In this document: positions 49,101 to 60,414 of the stretch, piece after piece
Position numbering within the stretch: position 1 is the stretch's first letter
How the letters are laid out: the number at the start of each line of letters is the position of its first letter
Assembly (NCBI RefSeq): GCF_021869535.1
Contig: NW_026262690.1
Location: forward strand, 116,932,001 to 116,996,000
Direction: 5' to 3'
Source: Mytilus californianus
Taxonomy: Eukaryota
DNA length: 64,000 nucleotides
The notes under the pieces: generated by a model
The model's input: the letters and a program-made list of their open reading frames with translations, nothing else
Database searches by the model: none
What the model was told of the DNA's origin: nothing
Translations under genes and position numbers: made by a program

Positions 49101-50418
49101 TGAGTTAATGTCCGACATGTTGACGACGGACGGACAAACGGAAGGACAACGGTATACCATTATATGTCCCGTAAACGGGCGTATAAAAAGTCAACATTTG
49201 CTTACTGGTACTCTCAATACTCAATGGTGATTGAAAGATTGAACATGGTGTTGATGGTAGATAATTTTTTGACTCAAAAATTTTAAGGTTAAGCAGATTT
49301 TAAAAAAAATACTGTAGTGTTAGTTAAATATTTCATCTTCATACAAACTGATTTTTCCTCATTTTTGAAGATTTCATCAAGATGAAGAACATTAATAAAA
49401 GTATGTTATTGTTCATTTAATTTTTTACACCATGACCATTTGGTTGGTAGATGCAGACATCACTCAATGGATAAACTGTTGCATACCCAAAGTTTCTTTT
49501 TAGATCTACGGATATCCAAAAGATTGTTGTAAAATAAGAAACACAAAAACTCTGCATCAGATAAATGTATCTGGTGAAATTTTATTCTGATGTACAATGA
49601 ACATGATGTTTCAAATAGTTTAAAGGTTTATGTCTGATTATTGATTACAATGTACACTTGCTATAAAATGTTGATGAAGATGTTTGTTAATAAAAGTCAC
49701 TATATGTATATACCTTACTACAAAGAGTATTTTAATATATGCTGTACTTACTCTAAGAATGGTGCACCAAATAAAACTGCTATTACATGAAAAAATATCG
49801 ATGAACAAAATAACAATAATCCATTCTTCAAAATGATTCTTATCTGAAATAAAAATAAAAAGTTCCAATAAACTTAAAAAGGTGAGAAAAATTGAAAATT
49901 AATGGTGATAAATCATATACTTGAAAATGTAATTGCTTTACTAATCAATGGAAAAATAGTCATCCCTCAATACAGGTGACACATTTATAGTCAAAAAAAT
50001 ATCAGAAATAGTAAATAATGCCCCCGAGGTCATATGTTATAGGACTATAGTGACAGGGTGCAAAATTGACCAGGTGCCAATTTAATCAGGAATTTCGGAG
50101 AGAAGGGGAGGGTCTTAGTGTTCTACATGCCAGTGCATTCTATAATAACATAATTACTTTTGATAGTATCCCTGCGTTCCTTTGTGATGTACCTCCCTGG
50201 ATATTCAGAAAATTGTAAAAAATTATATTGAATACGCTAATAAAAAATATAAATAGTTTTGTGACAATAAAGCGATATTTAACTATACTAAACAGATTTT
50301 CATTGGTTATGCTAAAGAACAATAACATCAATGTACTAATAGAGAATATAAGGTGTCCTTTTAGCAAGGAATTTAGAGTTTCTTTCGCCGGCAAACGATT
50401 TGCCATGGGGGCAGACAT
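43123..50418 (-). CDS. PIGF: Phosphatidylinositol-glycan biosynthesis class F protein (PIG-F/Gpi11), about 231 aa; CDS exons 50418-50158, 49843-49752, 46326-46210, 45323-45215, 43239-43123
   Basis: All introns GT-AG with compatible phases (0,2,2,0). Conserved motifs FHVIAVLFGAP, ETFHF, GAWLGAFPIPLDWDRPWQ|EWPITC match PIG-F. The start may be the second ATG (50406). Confidence 0.95.
44205..44545 (+). mobile_element. SINE-like repeat in the last PIGF intron
   Basis: Close match to 26215-26560. Confidence 0.75.
46416..49189 (-). mobile_element. HINE-like element D in PIGF intron, with alternating 161/163-bp repeats and a nested element
   Basis: Perfect hairpin GCTTCGC-TCA-GCGAAGC (46424-40); sub-TIRs ATACGCCCG (46444-52) / CGGGCGTAT (49176-84); GGAC-type microsatellite at about 49120-49150. 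Confidence 0.8.
46989..48336 (-). mobile_element. HINE-like element E nested in element D, with about eight 147-bp repeats and a (GCC)n tract
   Basis: Terminal inverted repeat TGTCGAGC..CTGCGAC-AAAA-GTCGCAG-GCTCGACA; host monomer TTATGAA/AATAAAA is split at an AA dinucleotide. Confidence 0.8.
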
Positions 50419-50442
50419 CTTTGTTTACGATTCCCTTAGACA

Positions 50443-50450
50443 ACTTCCGG
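50443..50450 (-). promoter_or_regulatory. ETS-type motif CCGGAAGT just upstream of the PIGF start codon
   Basis: ACTTCCGG on the + strand, 25 nt upstream of the ATG; typical of housekeeping promoters. Motif match only. Confidence 0.45.
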
Positions 50451-52424
50451 TTTTTGTCAAAACAAACAGAACCTGTTTCGACAAATCTAATAGTTAACCA
50501 CCACAATGAGGTAACCAGCACAATGAGGTTTTAAGACACACCTCTTTTCATAAATCAACGCCCACAAAACGGCTCTTTTATAGAAAGGTACAAAGAGCGT
50601 TGTCTTTTCCGGGACTGTAAGACTTTTTTTGTTTTACTGATTTAACGGATACTACACTTCAAGAGGATTTCCCACTGGAGTGGATCATCTGAAAAAGGTG
50701 AAATTTACAGAATAGGTAACAGGTAACAAGAAGAAACGGCGGGAATTGTAATACACATATATATGCATTTTGGCTTTCATTACCATGATTACAGTAGGTT
50801 AGTATCCAATATGTATTTGCTCAATCGGCAATCAGTATGGACAAATGAGTGTTAATTATTATAAAAACTTGGAAGTTGGGCAACAATATTCAATACACAC
50901 ACTTTTTGAGTAGAAATCAGTTGCTGATGATGATAATGGATGGGTGTTAAACGTCCATTGCAGCCACAAATTAGTGCATTCTCAGGTCGAGAGCATGTTA
51001 ATATAATATAAATATTAACCTTGCTTTGGACTAGACTGACACGATTTTCCGAATACTTAACATGCTTTTCCACAGTAAGACATGTCATTTTATCGGACAC
51101 AACAATCCGATATCCCAGCTGACCATGTCATCAGTCTTTGTTATTGCTTCTTAATACAGCGTGCTATTCAGAGAATCAGTAAATATCAATTTTAAAGTCT
51201 TTGTTTTTACCCTGCCATGGTTCAGCCATTGGTTAAACCAACAACTTGAGCACTGGATGCAACCAAGTTCTGCAACACCACAGAGGCAGTAGTTAAGGGC
51301 ATCCGATACAGTTTCTCGATATAATGTCATTTTTATAATTTTGAAATATGTTGTAGGCCTTGGCGAGTTATTAAATAAAACACAAAATAAAACATAGGTC
51401 ACCATGCTTGTTTTCGAGAAAATTGAGGCTGAAAATTGGGGATTTGTGCAATTTTGTAAAAAAGTTAGGCAATGTTATAAAATTTATTGGGCAGATATTC
51501 TTCGTCGTAAATTATTAAGATCGGGTTCAATTTAAAGCTGTGATAAGACACAATAAGGAAAAAAATAAATCCCTACACGAATGACTATACAATTATGCAA
51601 ACCTTGCTTGACATTGCGGACCAGATGCTCAAAGTGGTATTTTTTTTAACCTAAAAATAGGGAAATAAAGTGTTTCTGAAAATGTCATTTTTATCATTTT
51701 TCTACATAAACTGCATTTTGTCATGCTTTCTCCAAATCTCAAATAAAAAATATATGTCACCGTGCTGGGTTCCATGATAAACGCGAGTTATCCTAAAAAT
51801 TGAGTCCCCCCCTTTGGAACCTCAACGTTAGCGCTAAAATGCACGACGTCGCTGGCAGACAATTTCGACGTTATCTCTGCAAGTTACCGGCGACATTTTT
51901 AGATGTATAAATATTGCTTGTAAACAGCTACCTATAAATTGGTCAAATTGTTTTCGGAAATAAAATCATGTGAATCATAAATACCTGTCTCCGTTTGTGG
52001 TCTAAGTGAGAAACATCGCAAGAAAAGTTATTACGGACTGTTGATAATTTTACGGCTTTTAGAATTAAAGACTCGGCAATTTAGAACTTGACATACAGGT
52101 ACATGTACTGTACACACTCGTGTATTATTTTTTACAATATGTTGACCTCTAGATGTTGTTTTTTGTTTTGTTTTGTTTGGTGGGCTGCTGTTTCATTACA
52201 ATACTCCTTAAAATCCTTTTATTCACGTTTTAATCATTTTTTAGAATTTCACATTTATCCATAAAATAAAACTTTTGTTACGGTCAATGATTGCAATTGA
52301 ATAAAATTTATAGGCTTCTGAATAGTTTTAAAGTTCACTTGATAAAATTATCTCCACTGGATCACAGCACAAAGGTTACTTACATGAGGTCTTTTCCTGC
52401 AAACGGAACTTCTTTTTTGTACAT

Positions 52425-52625
52425 AAATTAGGCCGCTAGTTTTCTCGTCTGAATTGTTTTACAGTATAATTTCGGGGCCTTCTATAGTTGACTAATAGAT
52501 GCGGTATGGGCTTTGCTCATTGTTGAAGACCGTACGATGACCTATAGTTGTTAATTTCTGTGTCATGTTTGTCTCTTGTGGAGAGTTGTCTTATCGGCAA
52601 TTACACCACATCTTCTTTTTTTATG
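52425..52625 (+). mobile_element. SINE-like fragment nested in the TTAA element
   Basis: Matches the 3' half of the 26080 family. Confidence 0.65.
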
Positions 52626-52869
52626 TTGTCAGAAAACAAAAACAAAATCTTATAAAGGAGAATCTTCAATTTGCCAAAGGATGCTTTTGTCCAGACAGAG
52701 AAACTAAACCATAATTTTGAAATTTTTGATTTGGCAAAACGATTGAATTAATAGCGAAAGGATTGGACATATTACCAATTCCCCCACCCACTCCCAGCTT
52801 TGGTTTTGTTTCTGTTCCTCTCCCAACTTTCCACACTATACCCACTTAAAGTACGATTGCAAAGCAAGT

Positions 52870-53019
52870 CAGTGGCGGATCCAGAAATTTTCATAAGTAG
52901 GGGCCCACTGACTGCATAAGAGGGGGCCCGCTCTCGTCACGCTTCAGTGATTCTCTATATAACCAACCAAAATTTTTCCTCAAAAAGGGGGCCTGAGCCT
53001 CCCCCTGAATACGCCTCTG
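52870..53019. mobile_element. MITE with CAGTGGCGGAT-type termini
   Basis: CAGTGGCGGATCCA / TGAATACGCCTCTG; flanks CAAGT and CACGT (4 of 5 match, probable 5-bp TSD). Confidence 0.6.
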
Positions 53020-53472
53020 CACGTCACTTTTATAATCTTGTACTATTATATACTTTCTCTTCAGTTTTTAATGCTGTTTTTTTAGGGGGAAGAGGGGAGA
53101 GAGTGGGAGAGGGTAGCAAGTTGCGATTAAAATCCAAATACTAGTACTTCTCTCATAGCGTAATTTTATTGGTAAATAACTATATATATTTTTTCACCAC
53201 AGCGCGACGCATTGCGGGGTACATAAAATATCACACGCCCATTCCTCTGTCTGTCCTTTATGTCCTTCTGGTTAATAGATTTTTCAAGTGTACAATTCTT
53301 GCCAAATTTTTATAAAACTAATATCGTATGGACACGTTCGAAAATCAGTGCATATCAACTGTTCTTTAAAAGAGTTATGCCATTTGGAAATATTAATTAT
53401 ATTGGAAATTGCATTGTATTTGATGTCAATCCGTCATTTCTCTAATATATTTGTAAAAAAAATAAAGAACAA

Positions 53473-54166
53473 AATAAACAGCTGCGCTACGAGCGCATGA
53501 TACGCCCATCGTCTTATGAAAAAAACCCATAATAAATGTTTTTAAAATAACACGGGGGTTGTACAGGAATTCATGCTAAGTATATCCTGACTCATTCCTT
53601 ATTCTTTCTCAATAGGAAGTTTATATATCACATCATGTGTTCTATGATATCAAATTGAAGCTCAATAAAAATTCAAAAACTCAAAAATGAATTAAAGAAT
53701 CATCACGAAAAAGTATACAGATCTTTAGATTAATTTAAGTAACAAGTATGTGAAGTTTTATGCAATAATTATAAATAGTTTCTGAGATACGGCGCGACAT
53801 GTGAAAACCCCCTCTTTTTTCATAAACTCAATAACTGTAAAATAAAATTTTGAATCATCCCCAAAAAGTACACAGATCTTCAGATTAATATAACTAAGAA
53901 GTGTGTACAGTTTTAAGCAATAATCATAATTCGTTTTTGAGATACGGCGCGAACTGTGAAAAAAAACACCTCTGTTTTAGTTACAAAGTCCTGTAACTCA
54001 AAACGTTCACCAAAAAGTATACTTATCGTTTGACCATCATAAAAAACAACTATGTTAAGTTTAATGAAATTTGGATATTTGTGCTGTACTATGTTAAAGA
54101 CGGACAGACAGACGCCGGACATTTGTATACCATTATTAAGTTCCGTCAAAATTTTTCGGGCGTTAA
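53473..54166 (-). mobile_element. HINE-like element F with ~155-bp internal repeats
   Basis: Hairpin TGCGCT-ACG-AGCGCA; sub-TIRs ATACGCCC (53500-07) / CGGGCGT (54157-63); GACGGACAGACAGAC tract. Confidence 0.7.
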
Positions 54167-56265
54167 TATTGTTGACTTTTGCCTTTTTGTTAGATAAAAT
54201 ACGTGCAACGTGGAAGAAATAGGAACTTTGTTGTATCATTTTTAATATTAGCGGCATACCATTATTTATTTTAGTAAATTGTTCAGTTAGGAAATTTACT
54301 TCTTCGTGTACCTAAATTTTCGGTATTAGTTTTAAAATATCATTGGTTTCCTGTGCTGTAATAAAATGTCAGAAAATCGGATTCGGACCAAATCATGGAT
54401 GATGAATGATAATAAAAATGATAATTGACATGCATTATATTAGTAACACCAAAAGGGTCAGTCGTCTTGAGATTGCTCACTATACGATACTTTGTTGAAG
54501 ATCTCACAGAAACAGTTATATGTTTTATTTCTTCTGATTATATTAGACTGTTATCCTGTTAGAATCAAATGCACTAATATTAATGGTTTAGAAGTTAGCA
54601 TGCGGGAGAAACAGAAATTGAAGCATCGAAAATCCACATTACGTTTTTTATTACGGAAAATTACACGCATTACGTCCCGCAAAAAGTGACGTTTTGCGGG
54701 AATTCAAACGCATAACGTCGCGCCAAGAGTTAACTCCCTTGAAACTGTATCGGATGCCCTTAAAGACAGATATCACAATATAACGTGTTTAAGGTTCTGC
54801 TAAGGTCAAATTTTTCTTCATGTGAGGCATTTACTATCCTTCTTCTTCCGAATCCGGGAGTAGACTCCTTGGTAGGAGTGTAAAACTTCTCGTAACTTGT
54901 GTGCTATGTACATATGGACTTAATTAAAAGTAATATAAACAGTAACAAAAAATAGTCTGTAAAATAACATATATACATTATGTACAGTGGCTTTAAGTTT
55001 GATAGTTTAATAAATTGGTGACTGTGTGTCCTTCAAATGTTAGAGTGGATATGCCACTTTTGAAAGATTCCAGAGTGTCAGACATACAATGTACCTATTG
55101 CTTCAAGGGGTGAATTCCAATCAGAGATAGTGTTTGGATAAAAAGAATATATAAATAGAAGTCTTTATTAGTTTATACTATTTGCAAAATTTTATGTTGC
55201 CCCCTAGTACGTCTATCAGATTTTGTAAAATTGTCCTTTGGAACTTCTACTAACCCTCAATTAATTTTGTATAGCATAATTAATGTAGCTTTTTTTCGTC
55301 TATTGTCATGATTGTATAAACTTTCCCATTGTAAGGAATTTATCATGTTGGAAACTGCTCCCGGTGTATAAATGTTTTGTTTCTTAGCTTGTTCTTCCAG
55401 TTTTGGCTTCTTATTTTGTTCATGCATTTACATTTGTACAACAATATGAAGTTATTTATTTCAAAAGGACTGTAGAAATTTCAAAAAATAAATACATGAT
55501 TTTGCTTTAAATTGGGTACACCAATTGCAAGACACATTTTTCAAATAAATCTAGTTCTCATGAATAGGAGTTTTCATTGTCCATAATTGTACAAGTCAAT
55601 ATACTCTTTATAAGTCTATACGAAGTACAAGCTAGCATTTAAAATGCATGTAAATTAATAATTGATCAGTTCTGCAAAATTGTTTTACTGCTTTACAAAA
55701 TACAAAGGCCGCCACTTTTCAATTTCAAAGTGTCGTTGATTTTCTCGAAATTACTAAACCACAAACATTGAGGATCGTTATCTAGCGAAGTTATTGGACA
55801 CACCTACTTAAAATAAAACATGCCTACTTTCTTTACTCTTCTTTGTTGGAGATTGAAAAACACTGCAATGTACGGGATTGAAACATAGTTTTATCAACGA
55901 GCACTGCACAACATGGCAAAACAGTTCAGAAGCAGATGATCAATTGAAATAGGCACATTTAAAAGTTGTATATATGTTACAATAGATAATTGAGTTACAT
56001 GGACACAGCTATGCAGCCATTTAATGAGATAACATGGTATTCAGAAGTAAGATTATACCTAATCCTGATTGGTCGTTGTGTACCGCTATATGTTTTGTCT
56101 TAAGATACTCCTTGCACTCTGCATTCAACCAAAGCAAAATTTTCCATAGCTCTAAAAAAAACTATACAGTCTTTTCTATGCTACCACAAGAAACATATTT
56201 GCAGTGGGGAATTGAAAGGCAAGGGAGGTGAGTAAAATTTGCCTTTACAGAAAAGTCACTGGAAT

Positions 56266-56695
56266 ATGACAACTACCGAGGGATGGTCTTGATAAATGTT
56301 GTTTTTATAATGTATATAGGTCAGATGTCCATGACAACTACCGTGGGCTGGTCTTGATAAATGATGTTTTTATACTGTATATAGGTCAGATGTCCATGAC
56401 AACTATGGAGGGCTGGTTTTAATAAATGGTGCTTTTATACTGTATATAGGTCAGATGTCCATGACAACTACCGAGAGCTGGTCTAGATAAATGGTGTTTT
56501 TATACTGTATATAGGAGGTCAGATGTCTATGACAACTACTGAGGGCTAGTCTTGATAAATGGTGTTTTTGTACTGTATATACATGATATAGGTCAGATGT
56601 CCATGACAACTACCGAGGGCTGGTCTTGGCAAATGGTGTTTTTATACTGTATATAGGTCAGATGTCCATGACAACTACATAGGGTAGGTCTTGAA
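56266..56695. repeat. 65-bp tandem repeat, about 6.5 copies
   Basis: ATGACAACTA anchor at 56266, 56331, 56396, 56461, 56529, 56603 and 56668. Confidence 0.92.
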
Positions 56696-58617
56696 AAATA
56701 ATGGATAATTTCAGTGTTTTTTTGTTTACAGAAATGGTCATCATCATTTATCTTTTCCAACATTATTGCTGGATTACAAAATTTGTTAAAAAAAAAAGAA
56801 GACAATGAGAAATTGTATTGGCAGTTTTGTACCTGTGATACAATGATGTCCATCCATTTTGTTTTGGAAAAAGCAGATGCTGATTAGCCTGAGTACTTCA
56901 AATGCTGTCATTGTCATGTGAGGTACTTATTAATTAAGAAATAGCCTTGATATAATTTGGATAATTTGTTTCAGCATTAAAATCAGTTTGCCAACTGTTA
57001 TGATAGTGTCAAATTAAATACAAAGATATGATTAGAAATGAAATATTCAAATATCATAGTTCAACTACCATGTACCAATACAAAAGTTGAAATAAGTTTA
57101 ATGGGCGTATTACCCTTGTTATGAAGCAAGTATATGAAGTCGTACATGGAGTGTTAATTAGGAATTCAATTGTAAAATGCACCATTGATAAATGTTGTAT
57201 GCCACCAGCAGTAAAACACAATTTCATGGAATGAACATAACTGTATAACAACAACACATTTCATACAGAACATTACAAAAAATCAATGTACAATAATATT
57301 GTATGTTTTATATATAGGGCAAATGAAGATTCAAACTAGAAACATATCATCAGCGACAACATTATACTTTGAAGATAAAATAGTCTATTGTGTTAGCACA
57401 TTAAAAGTGCAACAATTTATTTAACGATTAAACCATCTGCTTTGAAATAATTCAAACTTTTGAGTTCTAAAAATGTAATGAAAATATGTAATTACTTAGA
57501 AACAGCTTTTAGTTTTGGTAGAACAGTATTGTAATTTACCCTAATGTAAATTCTAAGACAATTAAAAAATTGTACAACCATGAATATAGTTGTTATAAAT
57601 ACTGTAATGCTGATAAACAGATTGTTAAAAACTAATGAAAAATCTGAATCTGAGATTGGTATCAAGGTTAAGGCCCTATGACATCGTTTTTTTTTAATTC
57701 AAAGGAAACTATTAAACTATTCCAATATGATATGTGTAAAAGAATGCTTTGTATGGGAAACAGAGACTGATTTTCCAAGCTGGACACAAATTATAATACA
57801 GAATGGAAGAAAGCAAACAGAACCAAGAAATACAAGTAATTATCAAATTACATATTTAAGATTGACTTATTGCAATTACATGACTGTATAGTATTTTTCA
57901 CATGTTGTATAGTTTAAAGTTATGTAGAATCTGCATTATCTATTATTGTTTGTTTACTAGAAGAAAAAGATGTGTCCAATGCTGTAACAGTTAATTTAAA
58001 GTCATACTAACTAGTAGTGACAATTTATGAACCTTCTCATTCACTCCGAAAAAATGTGCTTCAATATAAAAAAAAGATTGGTATGATTGCGAATGAGACA
58101 ACTCTCCATGTGAGATCACATGTGGTTGGTGTCAGCAACAATATTAGTTACCATATATATGGCCTTCGACATGAGGCAAAAGCTAACAAACTATAAAAGG
58201 CCACAAAATGACAAGTGTAAAACAACTTAAACAAGAAAATTAAAGGCTTGTCGCTACTAAATTTACTTGCTGATATGAATAAGCCATCATACTAAGAGGA
58301 AGAAGTGTCTGGTCATGCATGTATTCATGTACTAAATGGAAAGATGGTTAAAATAATTTTGTTCTTTGCTATTACATTACAGATAAGTAGATTTGTTTCT
58401 CTTTTATAAATATTTACCAATATTTTTGCACACTTATAAATAGGTTCATGTATGAATTGCCCCTCTATGAAAATCCAAAGATGCAGGAAAAGAAAACCAT
58501 GAACAAGCTTCAAAAGATAAAGATGATAATGATGAATCAGGTCAGTGAATCCTGTATTATAAATTCTTTTCATAAAATAAACATAGGGTTGTAAAAGCCT
58601 TGATCTTGTACACAAGA

Positions 58618-58960
58618 TTAGCTCACCTGGCTTAAAGGCCAAGTGAGCTTTTCTCATAACTTGGCATCCGTTATCTGTCATCGTTGTTAACTTTAACAAA
58701 AATCTTCTCCTCTGAAACTACTGGGCCAAATTTAAAACTTGGCCACAATATTTATTACGGTATTTAGTTTTAAAAAATGAGTCCTGCCAAACAACACAGA
58801 CAACATGTTTAAAAGTAGAACATGGGGTAAAATGCAAATGTTGTCTATTATCTTGAAAACAGCTCTAGATAGAGAAAATCTGACAGCAGCAGAAATGTTC
58901 AGAATTTTGAGATCTATCTTCTGACTATTAACATTTATAATTTGGGAATTTATTAACTAT
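58618..58960 (+). mobile_element. 5' part of another HINE-like element (truncated, decayed)
   Basis: Terminal inverted repeat AGCTCAC-CTGGC-TTAAAG-GCCAA-GTGAGCT followed by a decayed GTC-rich tract. Confidence 0.5.
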
Positions 58961-60414
58961 TGATTGACATAATGAAATCAGTATTTATTCTTCCCATACT
59001 GATTGCTCGAGAATATATCTTTTATGACCATTGGGGAAAGTGTAAACTGTGGGTATATTTAAAATAAGTATGCATTCGTAATAACATATAAAGAGAATAT
59101 TTATGCTTTCCATTCATGAATCACAATTTGCACGATTCACCATGGAGTGGTACTAAACTACAAATTTTACAGAATTTCTACAAACATGTAAACAAGGCAG
59201 TTGTCTATATATCACTTTATTTTTCATATTATTATCTTTTTCAGAATAGCTGATAATTATCTTATTTTTTTCATGCCGGAAGAAGCGTTTTTTTTTTTTT
59301 TTTTTTTGCACATGAGGAAGCTGGTGAATTATGTGCTGCTACAGAAGAGGATATAGTAAATATACTGAAGAGGAAACATCCAAGCTAGTAGATCTTTGTT
59401 GACTACACTTCTGAAAATTTTATATGTTTACAGTTTCTGTATCATTTTATTTTTAAGTTAAATGGATCAAAGTCTCTATTGGAGGGGTTGCAATATTTGT
59501 GTCTAATCAATGTAGAATGTTTACAATATAATTGGAAATACATAAAGTAGAGTTGTTTTTTTTTGTATTTGAGAATAATCATAAGTATTATTTTTCTGCA
59601 GATTTTAATTAATGCTATGTATAGCAGAAATTAAATAAAGCAATTTCAATAGAGATATAAGCACACATGAGAGAAATATGTAGACAACAGTTATTATGAA
59701 ACGACTAATTACCAAAAATTGATGTAGAAATTGTGAGTGCTAGATTAATAGTGATTACCATACACTAAGTATAAGTCGAAATGTATATATTTTCCTATTT
59801 CATTGTTTTTTAGATTGATAGTAGTTTCCTCAAATGAAACAAATAATTACAGTTTTATAATTCTTTTTAGATTGGAGTATTTGGTTATGATTGCACAATT
59901 TAGTCATTTTTTCATTAAAAAAAATTAAGCTAGTTTTATGGTATACCTTAAATGATATTGATTTGTAAACCACATAATTATATAAGAGACAACATTTTGA
60001 AAGCTACACGGGTTAATCAGTGTGCACCACATTTTTGATGTTATTTCTTCATAGACAGAAAAAATATTACAGTCATTCCTTAAATATGTTTTGGTTAACC
60101 AAAAATGTCTAAAAAAAATGATGATACTAGCAGTCTAAAAATTCTTTTGAGATAAAATTATCTGATTATAATTGAACACTGAAGTAACTTTTTCATTGAG
60201 TTGTTCTTTTCTTTTTTGCTAGAACTTGGGTTTTTTTTTATTGGTTCACATATTATATTTTATCAATTTTGAGAACATTTGTTTGCAATTTTATAGAATA
60301 TATTCATGTATAAAATGTACTGGTACTTAGTGTGATAAACCACTAAGGTTAAGCACAGGTTTAAGAATTTATAAAAGTTAAGGATTTTCACTCCTAACTA
60401 AATTCCAAAAGTCA

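Larger units (their letters stand above)
51297..54759. mobile_element. Non-autonomous TIR DNA transposon, Kolobok-like, 3463 bp, with nested insertions
   Basis: Perfect 19-bp TIRs GGGCATCCGATACAGTTTC (51297-315) / GAAACTGTATCGGATGCCC (54741-59); TTAA on both sides; purine (GG) termini; no transposase ORF seen. Confidence 0.8.

Noticed and set aside
50500-51300. CRIPT as the head-to-head neighbour of PIGF
   Set aside because: No MVCEKC start exon or CxxC-rich exons were found on the plus strand.
53913-58699. Longer ORFs at 53913-54257 and 58325-58699
   Set aside because: They overlap repeat-element ends, have low-complexity hydrophobic composition and lack domain signal.
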